Assembly: GCF_018350175.1 (NCBI RefSeq)
Contig: NC_058369.1
Location: forward strand, 16,804,001-16,868,000
Origin: Felis catus
Lineage: Eukaryota
Reading direction: 5' to 3'
DNA: 64,000 bases
A program made the translations under genes and the position numbers. Below the pieces are notes generated by a model. The model was not told the DNA's origin. It did not search any database and saw nothing but the letters and a program-made list of their open reading frames with translations. Below, one piece after another: positions 1 to 14,300 of this stretch (position 1 is the stretch's first letter; each line of letters starts with the position of its first letter).

Positions 1-121
1 TGAACGGGCTTCTGTATGCCATCGGAGGGTATGACGGCCAGCTACGGCTGAGCACTGTGGAGGTCTACAACCCAGAGACGGACACATGGACCAGAGTGGG
101 GAGCATGAATAGCAAGAGAAG
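1..121 (+). CDS. KLHL18: KLHL18 internal coding exon (5'-truncated by the window edge), Kelch repeat
   Basis: The frame from nt 3 reads [39 protein letters not shown], with the Kelch GG-Y-W signature. GT donor at 122. Confidence 0.95.
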
Positions 122-3100
122 GTATCCTGGAAGCCACTTGTGCAGCCCGAGCACACACACTGAACATCTGGGGAGCACCATGAGAGACAAGCAGAGGCAC
201 ATAATAATGTAAAACACAAGCTGGCCTGGGAGTTTCCTGCGGCCAGGCCAGCCACAGCCCGCGCCTCCCGGGAGCCAGCCCCCCCATCTGCTTTAAAATC
301 CCTGCCTTGTCCTTTGAGGAACCTGGGGAGATGAGACACAGACATGTGGAAGTTGTATTATTATTTAAGTGTCAGATAAGGACTGAAAATGCACGTTATG
401 GAAGATTCGAGAAGGGGAAAAAAACTGGATGGGAACCTCTGGAAGATTTCAGGGAAGAGGTGGGATGAAAGTCGACACTTCAAGAATGAGTAGGATTTCA
501 CTTTGTTAGTGATAAAAGGAAATGAGCGATGTTGTCCCTTATACTCTCTTCCCCCCCCCCACATCTCTGCCACACGCAGGCTTCCACTACCGCAGGGAGT
601 ATGTGAGCCGCAGCAATGCACTTTACTTCAGGGCCCCCACCCCCAGGTGTGAGCACATAGGTATTTGTGAAGTGGACCAAGTTTATGTCGCTTAACAACT
701 TCCAGATACTTGTTTCCTCCATCGCTTGCCTGCTCAGATTTCCTGAAGAAGGGTTCGAGGGCATCCAAATAGCACCTCCATTCAGCCTTCTTAGTGCTGA
801 GGAGGCAGGCAGCCTCTTCCCTTACACCAGGCGTGTGTGGAGCATGTGCACGGTTGGGCGGTGGGAGCTCTGGAGTGGGAGGGGATAACTGGACAAGTTC
901 TTCTGCCCTCCGTGGGGCCACCCGGATCAGCAGTTTCAAGTGGCATTCAGGTTTCTCTTCCGGGGCTGACAGAGGAGAGGAAGTTGTCCTTACCCGTATA
1001 ACCAGAACAGTTCTGCATTTCTCTTTCATAAACTGAGCTTCCTTGACAGAAGCCCAACTCTAGAGGGAAAGTTAAATGAATTATTTTTGAAAGGGACAGT
1101 TTGAAAACCACTGGGGCAGATGCTCTGCTTTGGGTTTTCTGTTTGTAAGATCAAGTGACTGCATATGTGGTGAGGAGGAAGAATCGGGGTGGGAGACCTT
1201 TACCATGTGAAAGTGTCGGGCCGGGAGGCACATGTGCCCCGTCGTGCAGTTAGTACGTGGCCTCGAGCCGGAAGGAATCTGCTTCTGTACTGATAAGACC
1301 AGATTCACAAAGGGTCAAATTAGGCTCATTTGGGAAAAATAAAGTTTGTATACACGATCTGCTCCTCTCAAGACCCTGAGCTAACAGGCTCGTGGTTCCT
1401 TTCTCTCCCTCTCCCTGCCTCAGTGCTTCCCTTTTCAGCTCCTTGGGTGCTTTGTGGCCTTCTGTGGCCTCGAATGACTCATCGCTCCATTTCCCCAACC
1501 CCTGACTGCCTTTTTTGCTTTCACTGCAACTACTTGTTCTTCCTTGTGTGTCTGCTCTGGGCAACTGCCTTGCCTTGACATCCCCGGGTTTGGAGTGTTG
1601 TCCAGCAGGAGAGTCCCCTGGGCATCCCCTTCCCTCACTGTGGCTAATGCCCTGTTATTAGTAGCATGGATCCAGCTCCATTTCCTCCCTTTTAAATTAC
1701 AGGCTGCCTAAAAATGTTCTGAGTCCCTTGCCTGCTGACACCCCACATGGCAGTCTGTCTTGCCAGTTGGTGACAAACTCCTCCCTGCTGTCAGCCCTTC
1801 CCCTTCAGGCTTTCTCTTGTGGCCCATTCTAGTCCATGCTGGTCAGCGTGCCCCCCACCCCCCTCCCCCTTCACGCTGGTCTCTACCGTTTAGTTGACAG
1901 TTAACCTGACGCAGTTTTGTGGCACCTCTTCTCTCATATTGCTGTTGAGCTCATTCCTGTGTTGTTACGTATGTCTGCTTCTAGCAGGATAGTGATGTGT
2001 CTAGTGAATTTGTGGTCTTCCCACGGTCCTTGCCTGAGGCAAGAGTCCTTTTTCTCTTCTAGGCTGGTTCGGGGTGGGGGTGGGGGGCGGTTCTGTTACC
2101 GAGTCCCTCAAAGGGACATTGCATGGAATCAGCTTGATTTTACATCGGAAAGGTGGCAGTTAGCCCGGTATATTTTATTTTCCTGTTTGTCAGCCACCCA
2201 GATTCATTTTTAATCTTCTCCAACATCAGATTTGAAAACCTTGAATCGGGCAGCTTGGCACTCATGTTTCTCATGAGGCTTTATGTAGAACGGAAGATTA
2301 TGTGATTATGCCAGACCACTGGGTCTTTAATCTGAGGAGAGTGGGGCCTGGTAGACAGCAGGGGAGTGGGCTTGTCGCATTTAGATAGGAAGCATGCCTC
2401 TCCCTGGGCAGTCTGGAAAAGCACCCGACCTCCCCAGCCACAGCTGCTCGTCTGTACAGTGAAGATGGTGGTACCTCCTTGCAGGGTGTGGTGAGGGTGG
2501 GAGATAGCAAGCCTAGAGTACCTGCCCTATGTCGTAAGTGCACGACAGGAGACTAGCGTCACCCGCTGAGACAAAGTAGGGGCCATCGGGGCCACATCTG
2601 TCATGAAAAGACATCTGTCGAACTTCACAGCGAATTAAATAAAATCAGGCTAACACAACAAACATGTTGAAGGCCTATCACGTACAAAGCACCATGCTAA
2701 GCACTGTCAGAGTCACACAGAGGAAGACCCCTGTCTTCCAGGAGGTCCCCACTTGTTGAGAGGTGACAGGTGCCAGAATGTAGCACCTGTGGGTGGGAGC
2801 TTTGGCTTGCTCAGCACTGTGAATCTAGTGCCTGGGATGCGAGGCTCCTGAGTACCTCATGGGATCTGAGGAGTGAATGAGTGACCACAACCAAGCTGTG
2901 ACAAAGAAGCTGTCCCTGGCAGCGAGGGGCGGGAGGGACGGACTCTTGCTGAAGGATCCAAGATGGCTTTTTGAGCAGGAGAAAGAGGAATTTGATCTGG
3001 GCCTCAAAGGTGATGAGACCCTGAGCACAGCAAGGTGGAAGGTGAGCATTTCAGACAGATCAAGGACTGAGAACGGGCCCCAGAGCGAACCCTGGCAGGG

Positions 3101-3281
3101 GGTACCACACGACAGCTTCTTCCTTTCCCCCTCAATTTTACACCTTTACTTAGTCACACGTGTGGGATTTGGGTCTGCTCTAGAAAGAGGCAGTTGATGG
3201 TTAGGTTTATCCCCCAGGGAGCATGAAAGGCTGGCCCTGGAAGTCGGAGGCCCATCTGGATGACAGCTCTGTCTTTTTCAG

Positions 3282-3386
3282 TGCCATGGGGACGGTCGTG
3301 CTGGACGGGCAGATCTACGTCTGTGGGGGCTACGATGGCAACTCTTCTCTCAACTCTGTGGAGACCTACTCACCCGAGACAGACAA
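3282..3386 (+). CDS. KLHL18: KLHL18 coding exon, Kelch repeat
   Basis: Acceptor tttttcag. Reads (S)[34 protein letters not shown](K). Donor gtaagg. Phase matches both neighbouring exons. Confidence 0.96.
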
Positions 3387-3559
3387 GTAAGGACTCCAGC
3401 TCCCGGGGACAACTGAAACTTGTTAAACAGAGTATAAAGAATTAGACCTGCAGGATAAAAAATATCCTAGTCGCCTTTTCAGCCCGTATAATACCTTGCA
3501 TATAATAAGTATTTAATAACTTTTGGTTAAATGAATGAAGGACTGAATAAATTTTATTT

Positions 3560-4133
3560 TACTTTATTTTTTTAAGTAAGCTCTGCACCCAACATGGGGC
3601 TTGAACTCATGACCCTGAGGTCAAGGGTTGCAAGCTGTACCAACTGAGCCAGCCAGGCTTATTTTATTTAGTTTTTTAATTTTTTTGATTTGAAAGAGAG
3701 GCAGAGGGAGAGAGAGAGAATCCCAAGCAGGCTCCACTCAGCATGAAAGCCCGACATGGGGCTCAATCCCACGACCCTGGGATCATGACCTGAGCCAAAG
3801 TCGTGAGTCAGATGCTCAACCAACTGATCCATCCAGGCACCCATGGATTGAATAAATTTTTAAAACGGATAAGTCTGCGTAGATAGCTGGAAATGTTTAT
3901 TTAATCATCTATACCCCTTTGTTAAATCAGCCCATTTTTTAAAATCTTTATTTATTTTTGAGAGAGAGACAGAGTGCAAGCAGGGGAGGAACAGAGAGAG
4001 AGGGAGACACGGAATCCGAAGCAGGCTCCAGGCTCCAAGCCGTCAGCACAGAGCCCGACGTGAGGCTAGAACCATGAGATCATGACCTGAGCTGAAGTCG
4101 GCCACTCAACCGACTGAGCCACCCAGGCGCCCC
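3560..4133 (-). mobile_element. Cluster of three antisense Can-SINEs in a KLHL18 intron
   Basis: Three ...actgagcca(c/g)ccagg heads with T-rich tails. The last copy is flanked by TSD taaatcagcccattt. Confidence 0.9.
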
Positions 4134-5394
4134 TAAATCAGCCCATTTAATGGAAGTGCAGGTGAAAGGGGATAAGAAATAAATGCACAACACTTTCCAA
4201 AGTAGGATAGGTATGACTCAGGTAGAATGTGATTTAGAGAAAAAAAAAAGTTATATGGTCAAATAAGCTTAGAAGACATTGATGTATGTACCGCTAGAGT
4301 TCCTATCTTTCCATAAAACATATTAACATTTTAAAGACTGAAAAATTCTGCAGTGAAGAAGTCTGTTCAGTCTCATCTTACACAACGCCTGTCACCATCT
4401 TCCTTTATGGAATACTCTTTGGAAAACAACTGGCCAAGGTTAGCCCAAATTTTTCATTTCAGTATTTGAATCTTCTCATAAGCCAGTTAGTTGATTCATC
4501 AGAATGCTTTTCAGCCAGTGTTCCATTCACTTAGCCAACTTACTATGTATCAGGCAGCAGGCTGGGTGTCTGAGATCCTAGCAGCCGGTCTGCAGGGGCC
4601 ACAGGTGCATCGTGATTCTCCTACCCTGGGGGCGTCTGTTTGGAGCTCTTGGGTGCAGGGTGGGGAGCACCTTCATCTTTACCGTGGCTGGCAGGGAGAG
4701 GCAGGGTGTCAGGGTTGACTTCTGAGAGGAGACCCATTATGGATAGTGGGAGATGCGCATTGTAGGCAGGGAGCAAAAATAGAGGCCCAGAGGACAGCGA
4801 GTGCTCAGTGTGACCGAGCAGCCAGCATGCATGGCACATGGCAGGAAATGAAAATGAAGTAGATGGGGACCAAGAGATAAAGAACCACATAGGGAACTGG
4901 GACTCTGCCATGGAGAAGACAGTAAGGAGCCATGACCAGGGCGGGCTGCATACGGTTGGGATGGGGAGGGTTTGAAAGCTAGGCCACCTGTAAGGAGGCT
5001 GTGGCAGGCCACCAGGTGAGAGGCCCGAGCTAGGGCAGCGGTAGCAGGGATGGGAACGAGCAGTGACTACCAAGGCAAAACAGCTGGGACTTGGTGACCA
5101 CGGGAATGTTGATGATGAGGGAGAAAAGACCATGAAAACACTGAATCTGAGTATGGCGGTTCAATGGCTGGTGGTCCCATTAACGAGCCTGGGCAGTGCA
5201 AGGGAGGAGCAGATCTGTAAGGGAGAGGGGCCTTGTTTGGGACGTGCTGATTTTGAGTGGCTGCAGAGGTGGGGAGATTGTGCGGGGTGAGAAGGAACAC
5301 TCCACGCTTCACCCCAGCCCTTCTGAGCTGTCCTGGGAGGACAGCAACGCCGAATCTCATGGCCCCCCCCTCCTCCTCTGGCTCTTCCCTGAAG

Positions 5395-5506
5395 GTGGAC
5401 CGTGGTGACCCCGATGAGCTCAAGTCGCAGTGCTGCTGGGGTGACGGTGTTTGAGGGCAGGATATATGTGTCGGGTGGCCACGACGGTCTGCAGATCTTC
5501 AACAGT
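5395..5506 (+). CDS. KLHL18: KLHL18 coding exon, Kelch repeat
   Basis: Pyrimidine tract plus gaag acceptor. Reads (K)[37 protein letters not shown]. Donor gtgagt. Confidence 0.96.
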
Positions 5507-5894
5507 GTGAGTCTGGGCTCCCCCTGGGCTAAGGGTACCCACTCCTTCCATCTTTGAGAATGATTTTGAAAGGCAATTCTTTGGAAGAAACTCCAGCCTT
5601 GCCGTAGCTGGGTAAAGCGTCATCTAGTGAGGTTTCAGGCCATCTGCCACGTGCTCTGAAATTCTTCTGAGAATGGGAGCCAGTGCACACAAAGGAGGGG
5701 TAGAGTATAGCCATGCCAGCCCCACCCCCACCCTGTCCAGTTCACAAATGCTTCATGAGACCTGGCAAAATCCCTGCCCAGAGTAGGTGCAATTATACAC
5801 AGTGTGAAGTTTCAAACAGTTGTATTCTGGATGATTTGTTTATTCTTTAAAATAAACATTTATTCTTTAAAAAGCGAACAAAAAAACCCTCAAC

Positions 5895-5907
5895 CGCCAT
5901 CTAGTGG
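5895..5907 (-). promoter_or_regulatory. Candidate CTCF core motif in the last KLHL18 intron
   Basis: Reverse complement CCACTAGATGGCG fits the CTCF core CCASYAGRKGGCR. Motif match only. Confidence 0.5.
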
Positions 5908-6243
5908 TAGATCCATGGAGTTGCTCAGTGCTGTGGTGGAATGTACTCTGGACAGGTTTCGGGAGACCCTGCTCTCATCCCAGCTCTGTCACTACATAGC
6001 AGTGTATCCTTGGGCAACCCCTTTGTTCCCTGAGATGTAAGACAGAGGGGGTCAGATTAAGTGATCTCTCTCCTGTCCCATAAGCCCCAGAGCAGGTGCG
6101 CAGCCAAGGAAGCAGGGCATGGGAGCCAGGGCACACACTGGCCTCTGACTGGAGTCTGACACCATGCAGGTCACCGTGCCCTGTGAGGTCGCCCTGCGGA
6201 CTGAGCTTCGGCTCTGACCCCCGTGCCTCTGTCCCCAATGCAG

Positions 6244-6630
6244 GTGGAACACTACAACCACCACACAGCCACCTGGCATCCAGCGGCCAGCATGCTCAAC
6301 AAGCGTTGCCGGCACGGAGCCGCGTCCCTGGGAAGCAAGATGTTCGTCTGTGGGGGCTACGACGGCTCGGGCTTCCTCAGTATCGCCGAGGTGTACAGCT
6401 CCGTGGCAGACCAGTGGTGTCTGATCGTCCCCATGCACACGCGCCGGAGTCGGGTCTCCCTGGTGGCCAGCTGTGGGCGTCTCTACGCTGTCGGGGGCTA
6501 TGATGGACAGTCAAACCTGAGCTCGGTGGAGATGTATGACCCGGAGACGGACCGCTGGACATTTATGGCCCCCATGGCGTGTCACGAGGGAGGGGTTGGC
6601 GTGGGCTGCATCCCCCTCCTCACCATCTAA
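6244..6630 (+). CDS. KLHL18: KLHL18 terminal coding exon
   Basis: Acceptor tgcag. Reads [41 protein letters not shown]...[13 protein letters not shown] then TAA, matching the recalled KLHL18 C-terminus. Confidence 0.97.
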   Translation: MEHYNHHTATWHPAASMLNKRCRHGAASLGSKMFVCGGYDGSGFLSIAEVYSSVADQWCLIVPMHTRRSRVSLVASCGRLYAVGGYDGQSNLSSVEMYDPETDRWTFMAPMACHEGGVGVGCIPLLTI

Positions 6631-9480
6631 GGCAGAGGCAGGGGATGTGGCGGGGTAGGGATCTGGTACAGGTACAGGCACTCCCTTCCAGGGACAGGCC
6701 CCCTTGGGAGAGGTGGTAGACCAGGGGACGGGGTAAATGTGAGCTTGCTGGAGGTACAGCCTTTCCAAGTGCTCACAGCCTCCCTCACTGTGCTGCCCTT
6801 GTGACCTTCAAGCCTAGGTCACCAAGATGCACAGCGTGGGACCGAGCCCCTCCGGGTTCCACAGCTGGTGGCATGGGACTGCTTTGCTGGTCCACGCATA
6901 CACAGGCTCCATCCAAGTCGGCCTCCCACCTGCCACTTGGCGGAAAGCCTGCCATCTGACGCTCTTCCTCGCCTGCTGTTCTGGCCACGCGGTGGCCAGC
7001 TTGCAATGGGGTAGCTGCAGTGGCCGAGACTGCTGGAAGCTGGGGTGTGGCCAGGGGAGGAAGGACACGCCCCAGGGGCTCTCGTTGCCTGTGGCGGTGC
7101 AGCCACAGCAACATGCCCGTTGCACACAAGCACCTCCCTCTTCCATCTTAGGGCACAGAGGACTGTGTCTTCATTGCTGGGTGACCAGGGAGAGCAGAAG
7201 CTTTTCCTGAATTTTGGAATTTTAACGAGGTCTTTTTCATCTTGTTCAGGAGAAATAGAAGGAGAAAAAAGATACTTGAAAGAAACCGAAAGATATTTAA
7301 ACAACGAAACAGTTGAAAGAAACTGGAAAGAAAAATACCTTTTCTTAAGTGAACATTTTTTGCGAGTAGAAGGCATTAGAAGACACTAAAGGCAAATGTG
7401 AGTTTAAATGGAAAACTGCCCACCACGAAAAAGGGCGGGCGGCATCCACTCCCACATTCGGGTCCCAGGGTCCTGAGGCCTCGCACAGCACTTGGGGTTG
7501 CCTCTGAGCCCTCGCGTGTCTGGGGTCAGTACGCTCTCCACTGGTCCTCTAGCAAGGTGCTCATGGGGTTTGTACTCACACTCACCATCAGAGGACTTTT
7601 TTAATCGTAGGCTTAGTGAATCGGCTCAATTACGGCCACTCTTCTAGGGGAGAGTTTCCAGCTGGTCGCCAGAGGCTCCAGGGTGCCCCTGTGGTCACCT
7701 CCCACTGCCACCATGGCGCTCACTCAGACTCTCCACCCCTACTTTCATTCCTCATATGACCAGCAAGGAGACAGCAGGTCTGGCCAGATTCTCGCCCGTC
7801 TATCATTCTCGGATAGTTTTCCTCATTGCGATACTTCTGGGGCACATTGACCATTTGTACCTCTAGAACCTAACCAGGGACTTGGTCCTTCCACCAGCCA
7901 TGGCTGGCTTGGTCCAGTAGCCTCGTCTACCCTCCAGTCCACTGCTTCTCCATCCACTCGCCAATTCCAGGGGTCTGGCCTCCCTCCAGCCCTTGGCAGA
8001 CCGACCAGCAAGGTGGACCTTTACACTCAAGCAAAGCTGACTTTATGGCAAAGAACTAAAGGCCGAAAGAATCTCTTGCTGCTGCAAAGAACAGATTTTA
8101 TATTTCTTCTTCTGATCTTAGCAAATGACCTCTTGAAGAGACTCCATGCTCCTTCCTCCTCCTCCCTGAACAGGACCTTGACGTCACACAGCAGGGCCTG
8201 AGCAGGAGGACACTTCTGTTACCAGTGCACTGGGCAGTGGGGCTGGGCTTCAGCTGCTGCTGCCAAAACCTGGTTTTCTAAACTGCTTCCAGCACAGACT
8301 AAACGAGGACACAGTTCCTTTAATGCAAGACTGGGTCTTAGGATCCCATTCTCTGCCTGGCTGGTCTCCTGTCCCTTGCTGCCTACTAGGGTGGCCTGGA
8401 AGCCTGTTCAGAAAGGCACAGTGTGGATCCTGAGACGTCTTTTCCACCCCCACACCACAAGGTTTACGAGTGTGTGCAATCGCCACGTATCCAGAAGGAT
8501 GTACCTTTGTTACCTGCCACTTAGGAGCCGGGCCTCTGCTACGAGCACTTGAAAATGATGTTTTTATTTCAAAAGACCCAACAGTCTGATGTAGTTTCAC
8601 CTGGGCTCGTGGTGGAGCCTCAGCATTTCTCTCTCACTCCCTCTGGGTTTGCCTACAGAAGTAGACTCGGAAGGCGGTTGGGTCTGTGTTTCCTGTTAGA
8701 GAGGCGTGTGTCAGTGCTCCTCTTATTATCAGAAGCCCTTTTGTGAACTAGAAGCAGTCCTGGCCATCCCAGATTGTGGAGGGGTTAAGGATCAGTCAGT
8801 GGGCTAATGAGGGGGCCTCCCAGGCCCTCAGGATGCTGGCACGGATGTTGCCATTGAGGCTGATAGATGATTTCCCCACCATCTGCTGCTCTTGTAGTGG
8901 CCTTCCTGAGTCCACTCCCACCTCCTGGTGTGGAAGTTAGCACTGCTGCACCCGGGGCCAGTGCTTTGATCTGGGTGGGCTGTGAGCACAAGTGAGCCAA
9001 CACCAACATTTTCACACTCTTCCAGCCGTCGCTTCCTCGGTCTGAGGGGGGTGTTTGTAAATGACTGGGCTGGCTCTTTGGTGTTGGAGCCTTTCCAGTA
9101 GCCCTGTGAAAAGAAGAGTCCTCACCCAAGGATGTTGTGAAAAGCGTGTAACTAGGAGGTAGGAGAGATGTCATGCTCAGTGGACCTTGGGGTCCAGCCC
9201 AGCTGTGAGCACGGGATTGCGGCACTCAACGTCCTTGGGCATTTCCCCTCCTCAGATAACACACAGAGCCTTCTGGGTTTCACCTGAGATCAAAGCCAGG
9301 ATGGGAGCTGAAGACCAGCCTTTTGGTCACGGAGATGGAAGTAGGTAGAAATTCTTCCCGCCGCCCCACCCCCTGGCAGTTTAACCTTTCCCAGAAAATC
9401 TTACTTCCTTTTATTTATAGAACGCATGTCTTTTGTGTTAAGAAACCAAAGAAAAATAAAAAGTACACTCCTAATATCTT
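6631..9480 (+). other. KLHL18: KLHL18 3'UTR (probable extent)
   Basis: No recognisable interspersed repeats after the stop codon. Ends near an AATAAA followed by a U-rich tract. The end point is inferred. Confidence 0.6.
9455..9460 (+). terminator. Probable KLHL18 polyadenylation signal
   Basis: AATAAA, with a U-rich downstream element (tcttcttgtcctttcttgttttattttt) about 20-45 nt 3'. Confidence 0.65.
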
Positions 9481-11389
9481 CTTGTCCTTTCTTGTTTTAT
9501 TTTTTAAATATTAGAAGTAAATCATGTTTTTATTGAAGTTCAGTGAAAAGATATATTGGACAAAGTAAAAACATTCCTGTGAAAATAAGGGAAGAGCCAG
9601 ATGTATAGCAAAATCAGTCTTTGGAGAGACACATGTATGTTTTATTTTATAAGAATGAGTTCGGGTGAAAAATACACAAAAGTCTTCGCTAGCATGTTGC
9701 GTATTTGCTGCTGTGCAGATCAGCACTCTTCTTGGATTTCCCCTTTTCTTCGCTCAGTGCCGTAAAACTCCAGAGTTCCCTGGCAGAGTGCAGCTAGCCT
9801 GTCTACTGCCGAGAACCCAGACGGCTCCTTAAAACTCTGGGCCAGAGGTGCTTAACTTCGGCGTACATAAAAGTCCCTAACAAATTCTTAAACCACACAC
9901 TGATTCACAGATCCCTCCTGTGGGACCAACGGCTGGGGTGCAGCTCGGGTACACGGGCACAGGCAGATTTCCATGGTGGTTTGTCCGCTCCTCAAGGTGT
10001 GAGAGAACTGGGCTCCTGTGTTTAATTTCCACTTCTCCAAATACAGCCACATTCCAGAGCTGCCTTCCTGAGATTACACCCTGGTCACTGTGGTTGTGGA
10101 TGTCAGGAAACTCTTCATTCACACTTTCCCAAAAGCCAGCTACAGTCAGTCCTATCTAGTGGGTAAGGATTATGCTTGAACGGCAACTTTTATTTTTCAA
10201 GACTTTAGAAGGGTAGGTCTCTCCCACGTACATCCCACCAGCACGTTTCACACATAAACACTATTGATTCTCACCAGGTCCCCTCAGGAATCCCCACAGG
10301 GTAGGTTGCGTGGCTCATTTTAGCATAAAGAAAGCTTCAGAAGGGCCGAGTAACTGACCTGATTCATCAGCTAACTTGTAGTGTTGTCAAGAATTGAGAC
10401 CGGATTTCCACTCAGTCCAGCTTGCCGGAAGGGAACAGCGTCTGACCTTTGCAAGCAGCTAGTCCATCCGGCCTCGTGCTGTGTGTGGTGGGTGGTTGCC
10501 TAGTACCGTGACGGACCTTGGAGAAGACTGGGCAGTGAGGGAAAGGGAAGAACTCATCGGATTATAGAGGCAAGCACCCTTGTGCTGAAGCAGAGGAAGC
10601 CAGACTATCTGTGGGCTCTGTGCTAGGGGAGAAAAGTCTCTAAAATAAGAGCTGCCCTTTCCATGTAACCTACACCCTCTTGCTCAGAACCAAAGGGCCC
10701 ATGGGTGAAGAGTGGACTGTGACCTTTATTCAGCTAGATTCATCTGCTTGACTTCCCGTGTCCTTTCGTTGTTCCGTGGACTCCTCTCCCTTCACAGCCA
10801 ACAGCAGAGCCTGCCCCTCTTCACCCCAAAGCAAGCAGTACTGTTCTCTGCTGCTGCTCCCGATCACGTAACATGACACGACCAAAAACTGACAACGGGG
10901 GGGTCATGCGGTTCTCATAGTGATTACCCCAGACTCGCTGTTCCCAATTTCATCTTTAGTGGTACATAGATATTTTTCTCTGTAATGGAGCTCAGTTCCC
11001 TATTCTGTTTTTCTACTAGCTTTGCAGTTCAGGATAAAAGCCCAAACTCCGTAGCATGGCACAGAAGGCCACCGTGATCTGGCACTTTTTCTCACCAGGT
11101 TCCCTGAAATCGTCCTTCAGGGTGTCAGTTTAGATGTCACCCCTGCAGGAAAGCATCTCTCGTCAGCCTGGTGCCCCTTCTCTGTGCTTGTCCCCGCTGT
11201 ATCCCACCAGGGCAATGGCCTGTTTGCTTGCCTTACCTGGTAGATGGGGTCTTTTGTTGTGTACCCAGCACCAGGCACATAGAGGAGGCGCAACAACTGT
11301 GTTTCTTGAACTTGAGGACACTCGGGTATATCAGATTCAAAGGTTGCCTAATCATGCTTCTCTCTCTATTCTTCCTCAATCTCCCATCA

Positions 11390-14300
11390 CTAAGTTTTTC
11401 ATAGTTTTATTGAGGCATAATCTGCATACCTTAACACTGACCCATTTTAAGTGCTCAACGATTTTTATATGGAATTATCCCATTTTAGAATATTTTCATC
11501 ATTTTGAAAAGTTCCCTCATGCCCACATGCAGTTAGTCCCCCCTTCACTCTCATCCTCAGGTAACCACTGTTTTGCTTTCTATATCTATAGATTTGCCTA
11601 TTCTGGACATTTTATTTAAATGGAATCCTATCATATGTGATCTTTTGTGTCTGGCTTTTTTAGAATGTTTTAGGGGTTCATCTATGCTGTAGCATGTATC
11701 AGCAGCTTGTCTTTTTTTTTTTTTTCAACGTTTATTTATTTTTGGGACAGAGAGAGACAGAGCATGAACGGGGGAGGGGCAGAGAGAGAGGGAGACACAG
11801 AATCGGAAACAGGCTCCAGGCTCTGAGCCATCAGCCCAGAGCCTGACGCGGGGCTCGAACTCACGGACCGCGAGATCGTGACCTGGCTGAAGTCGGACGC
11901 TTAACCGACTGCGCCACCCAGGCACCCCCTCAGCAGCTTGTTTCTTTTATTGTTCCTGAATAGTATTCCATTGCATGGATACACCCTATTTTTTTTTTCA
12001 CTAATTGATGAGTATTTAGATTGTTTCCAGTTTGTAGCTGTTACGAATACTACTAGAATGACGTACAAGTCTTCGTGGACACACATCTTCATTCCTGTTG
12101 AGTAGATTCCTAGAAGATTGCTGTCACATGGTAAGTGAATGTTCAACTGTTTAAGAAACTGATGAGCATTTCCAAAGTAGCTGTGCATTCTACATTCCTG
12201 TCAGCAGTGTATGAGGGTTCGGGCTTCTCCACAGCCTTGCCAATTTTGTAATTGTCTCTCTTTGATTATAACTGTTCTTTTTTTGTTGTTGCTGTTTTCT
12301 AATTTTTTAAATGTTTATTTATTTTTGAGAGAGAAGGCACACACGTGAGCAGGGGATGGGCAGAGAAAGCTGGAGACACAATCCAAAGCAGGCTCCAGGC
12401 TCTGAGCTGTCAGCACAAGGCCCACTGCAAGGCTCAAGTTCATGAACTATGAGATCATGACCTGAGCCGAAGTCGGATGCTTAACCGACTGAGCCACCCA
12501 GGCGCCCCTGATTTTAACTGTTCCAGTGGATGTGAAGTGGCATCTCTGTGTAATTTTAATTTGCATTTTTCTGACCACTAAAGATTTTGAGCATATTTTC
12601 AGGAGCTTGTTAGCCATATCTTTGGTGAAATATCTATTCAAATCTGGCCCTTCTAAAAAGATTTTTTTATTTTTATTTTTTAGAGACAGCATAAGCAGAG
12701 GAGAGAGAGAGAATCTCAAGCGGGCTCCGTGCTAAGCTATGGTAAGCTAAGCATGCAAACTGAAGCTAAGCATGTTAACTGATGACCCTGGGATCATGAC
12801 CCATGCCAAAATCAAAAGTCAGACATTCAAACGACTGAGCCACCCCAGTGCCCCCAAATCTGGGTAAATTGGGTCATGTGTCCTATGAATGAGTTGTAAG
12901 AATTGTTTACATATTCTGGATACCAATCTTTCACCAGATATAGGATTGGTAAGTATTTACTCCCAGTATATGGTATGTCTTTTCATTTTGTCAGTGGTAT
13001 CTTTTGAATTGTACAAGTTTTAATTTTGATGAAGTTTGGTTTGCCAATTATTTCTTTTATGGATTATGCTTTTGGAGTCATATCCTAGGAAATGTTTGCA
13101 TAATAAGCAAAGATCATGAGGAAATTCTTCTAGAAGTCTTATAATTTTAGCTCTCGTGTAGGTATATGATCCATTTTGAATTAACTTTTAAAAATTCATT
13201 TTTTGTGTGTGCATAGATATCCATTTGTCTCAGTACATTTGTTGTAAAGATTATTCCTCCACTGAATTGCTTTGGCATCTTTGTTGAAATCAGTTAACCG
13301 TAAATATAAGGGTTTATTTCTAGCTTTTCAACTCTGTGCCATTGGTCTTATGTGCTTGTCCACAAGCCAATACTACATTGATTGTATGGTATTGATTTCT
13401 CCAGCTTTAAAGTAAGTCCTAAAATTGGATAATGTAAGTCCTTAACCTTGTTCCTTTCACAATTCTCTTGACTATTTTAGGTACTTTGCATTCTCATGCC
13501 TTTTATGATCAGTTCATCAACTTCTCCAGAAGAGCCTTCTGGGGTTTTAATAGATACTGTGTTGAATTTATAGATCAATTTGGGGGGAATAGCCATCCTG
13601 ACAATATAAAGTCTTCCAACCCATGAACACAGAATGTTTGTCATTTGTTTAGGTATTTGATTTCTCTCAGTAATATTTTGTCATTTTCAGTGTACAATCT
13701 TGTGCTTCTTCTGTTAAAATGTGCCTAAGTATTTTTATTTTTTATGCTATTATTGATGGAATTGCTTTCTTAATTTTATTTTCAGATTTTTTTTGGTGCT
13801 AGTTATTTGGAAAAAAAAATTTAATGGTTATTTGTTTATTTTGAGAGAGAGTGCATGTGAGCAGGGAAAGGGCAGAGCAAGGAGAGAGAGAATCCCAAGC
13901 AGGCTCTGTGCTGTCAGTGCAGAGCCTGACGTGGGGCTCGCAAACCCATGAGAACATGACCTGAGCCAAAACCAAGAGTGAGACACTTAACTGACTGAGC
14001 CACCCAGGTGCCCCTAGAAATGTTTTTTTAAGCTTGATCTTGTATCCTGTGACCTTGCTAAACTCATTTACTAGTTTTTATCTTTATTCGTTTCTTTCTT
14101 TCTTTATTTTTGAGAAAGAGAGAGAGACAGAGCATGAGCAGGGGAGAGGCAGAGACAGAGGGAAACAGAGAATCTGAAGCAAGCTCCAGGCTCTGAGCTG
14201 TCAGCACAGATCCCAACATGGGGCTCAAACTCACGAACCATGAGATCATGACCTGAGCTGAAGTCAGACGCTTAATCGACTGAGCCACCCAGGTGCCCCT

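Noticed and set aside
6819..7389. Several overlapping 110-185 aa ORFs after the KLHL18 stop
   Set aside because: They lie in GC-rich 3'UTR, show no domain signature, and mostly have non-ATG starts.
11725..11925. Recurring ORFs of type PGWRSRLSVRLQPGHDLAVREFEPR and GAWVAQSVK
   Set aside because: These are translations of Can-SINEs, not a gene family.
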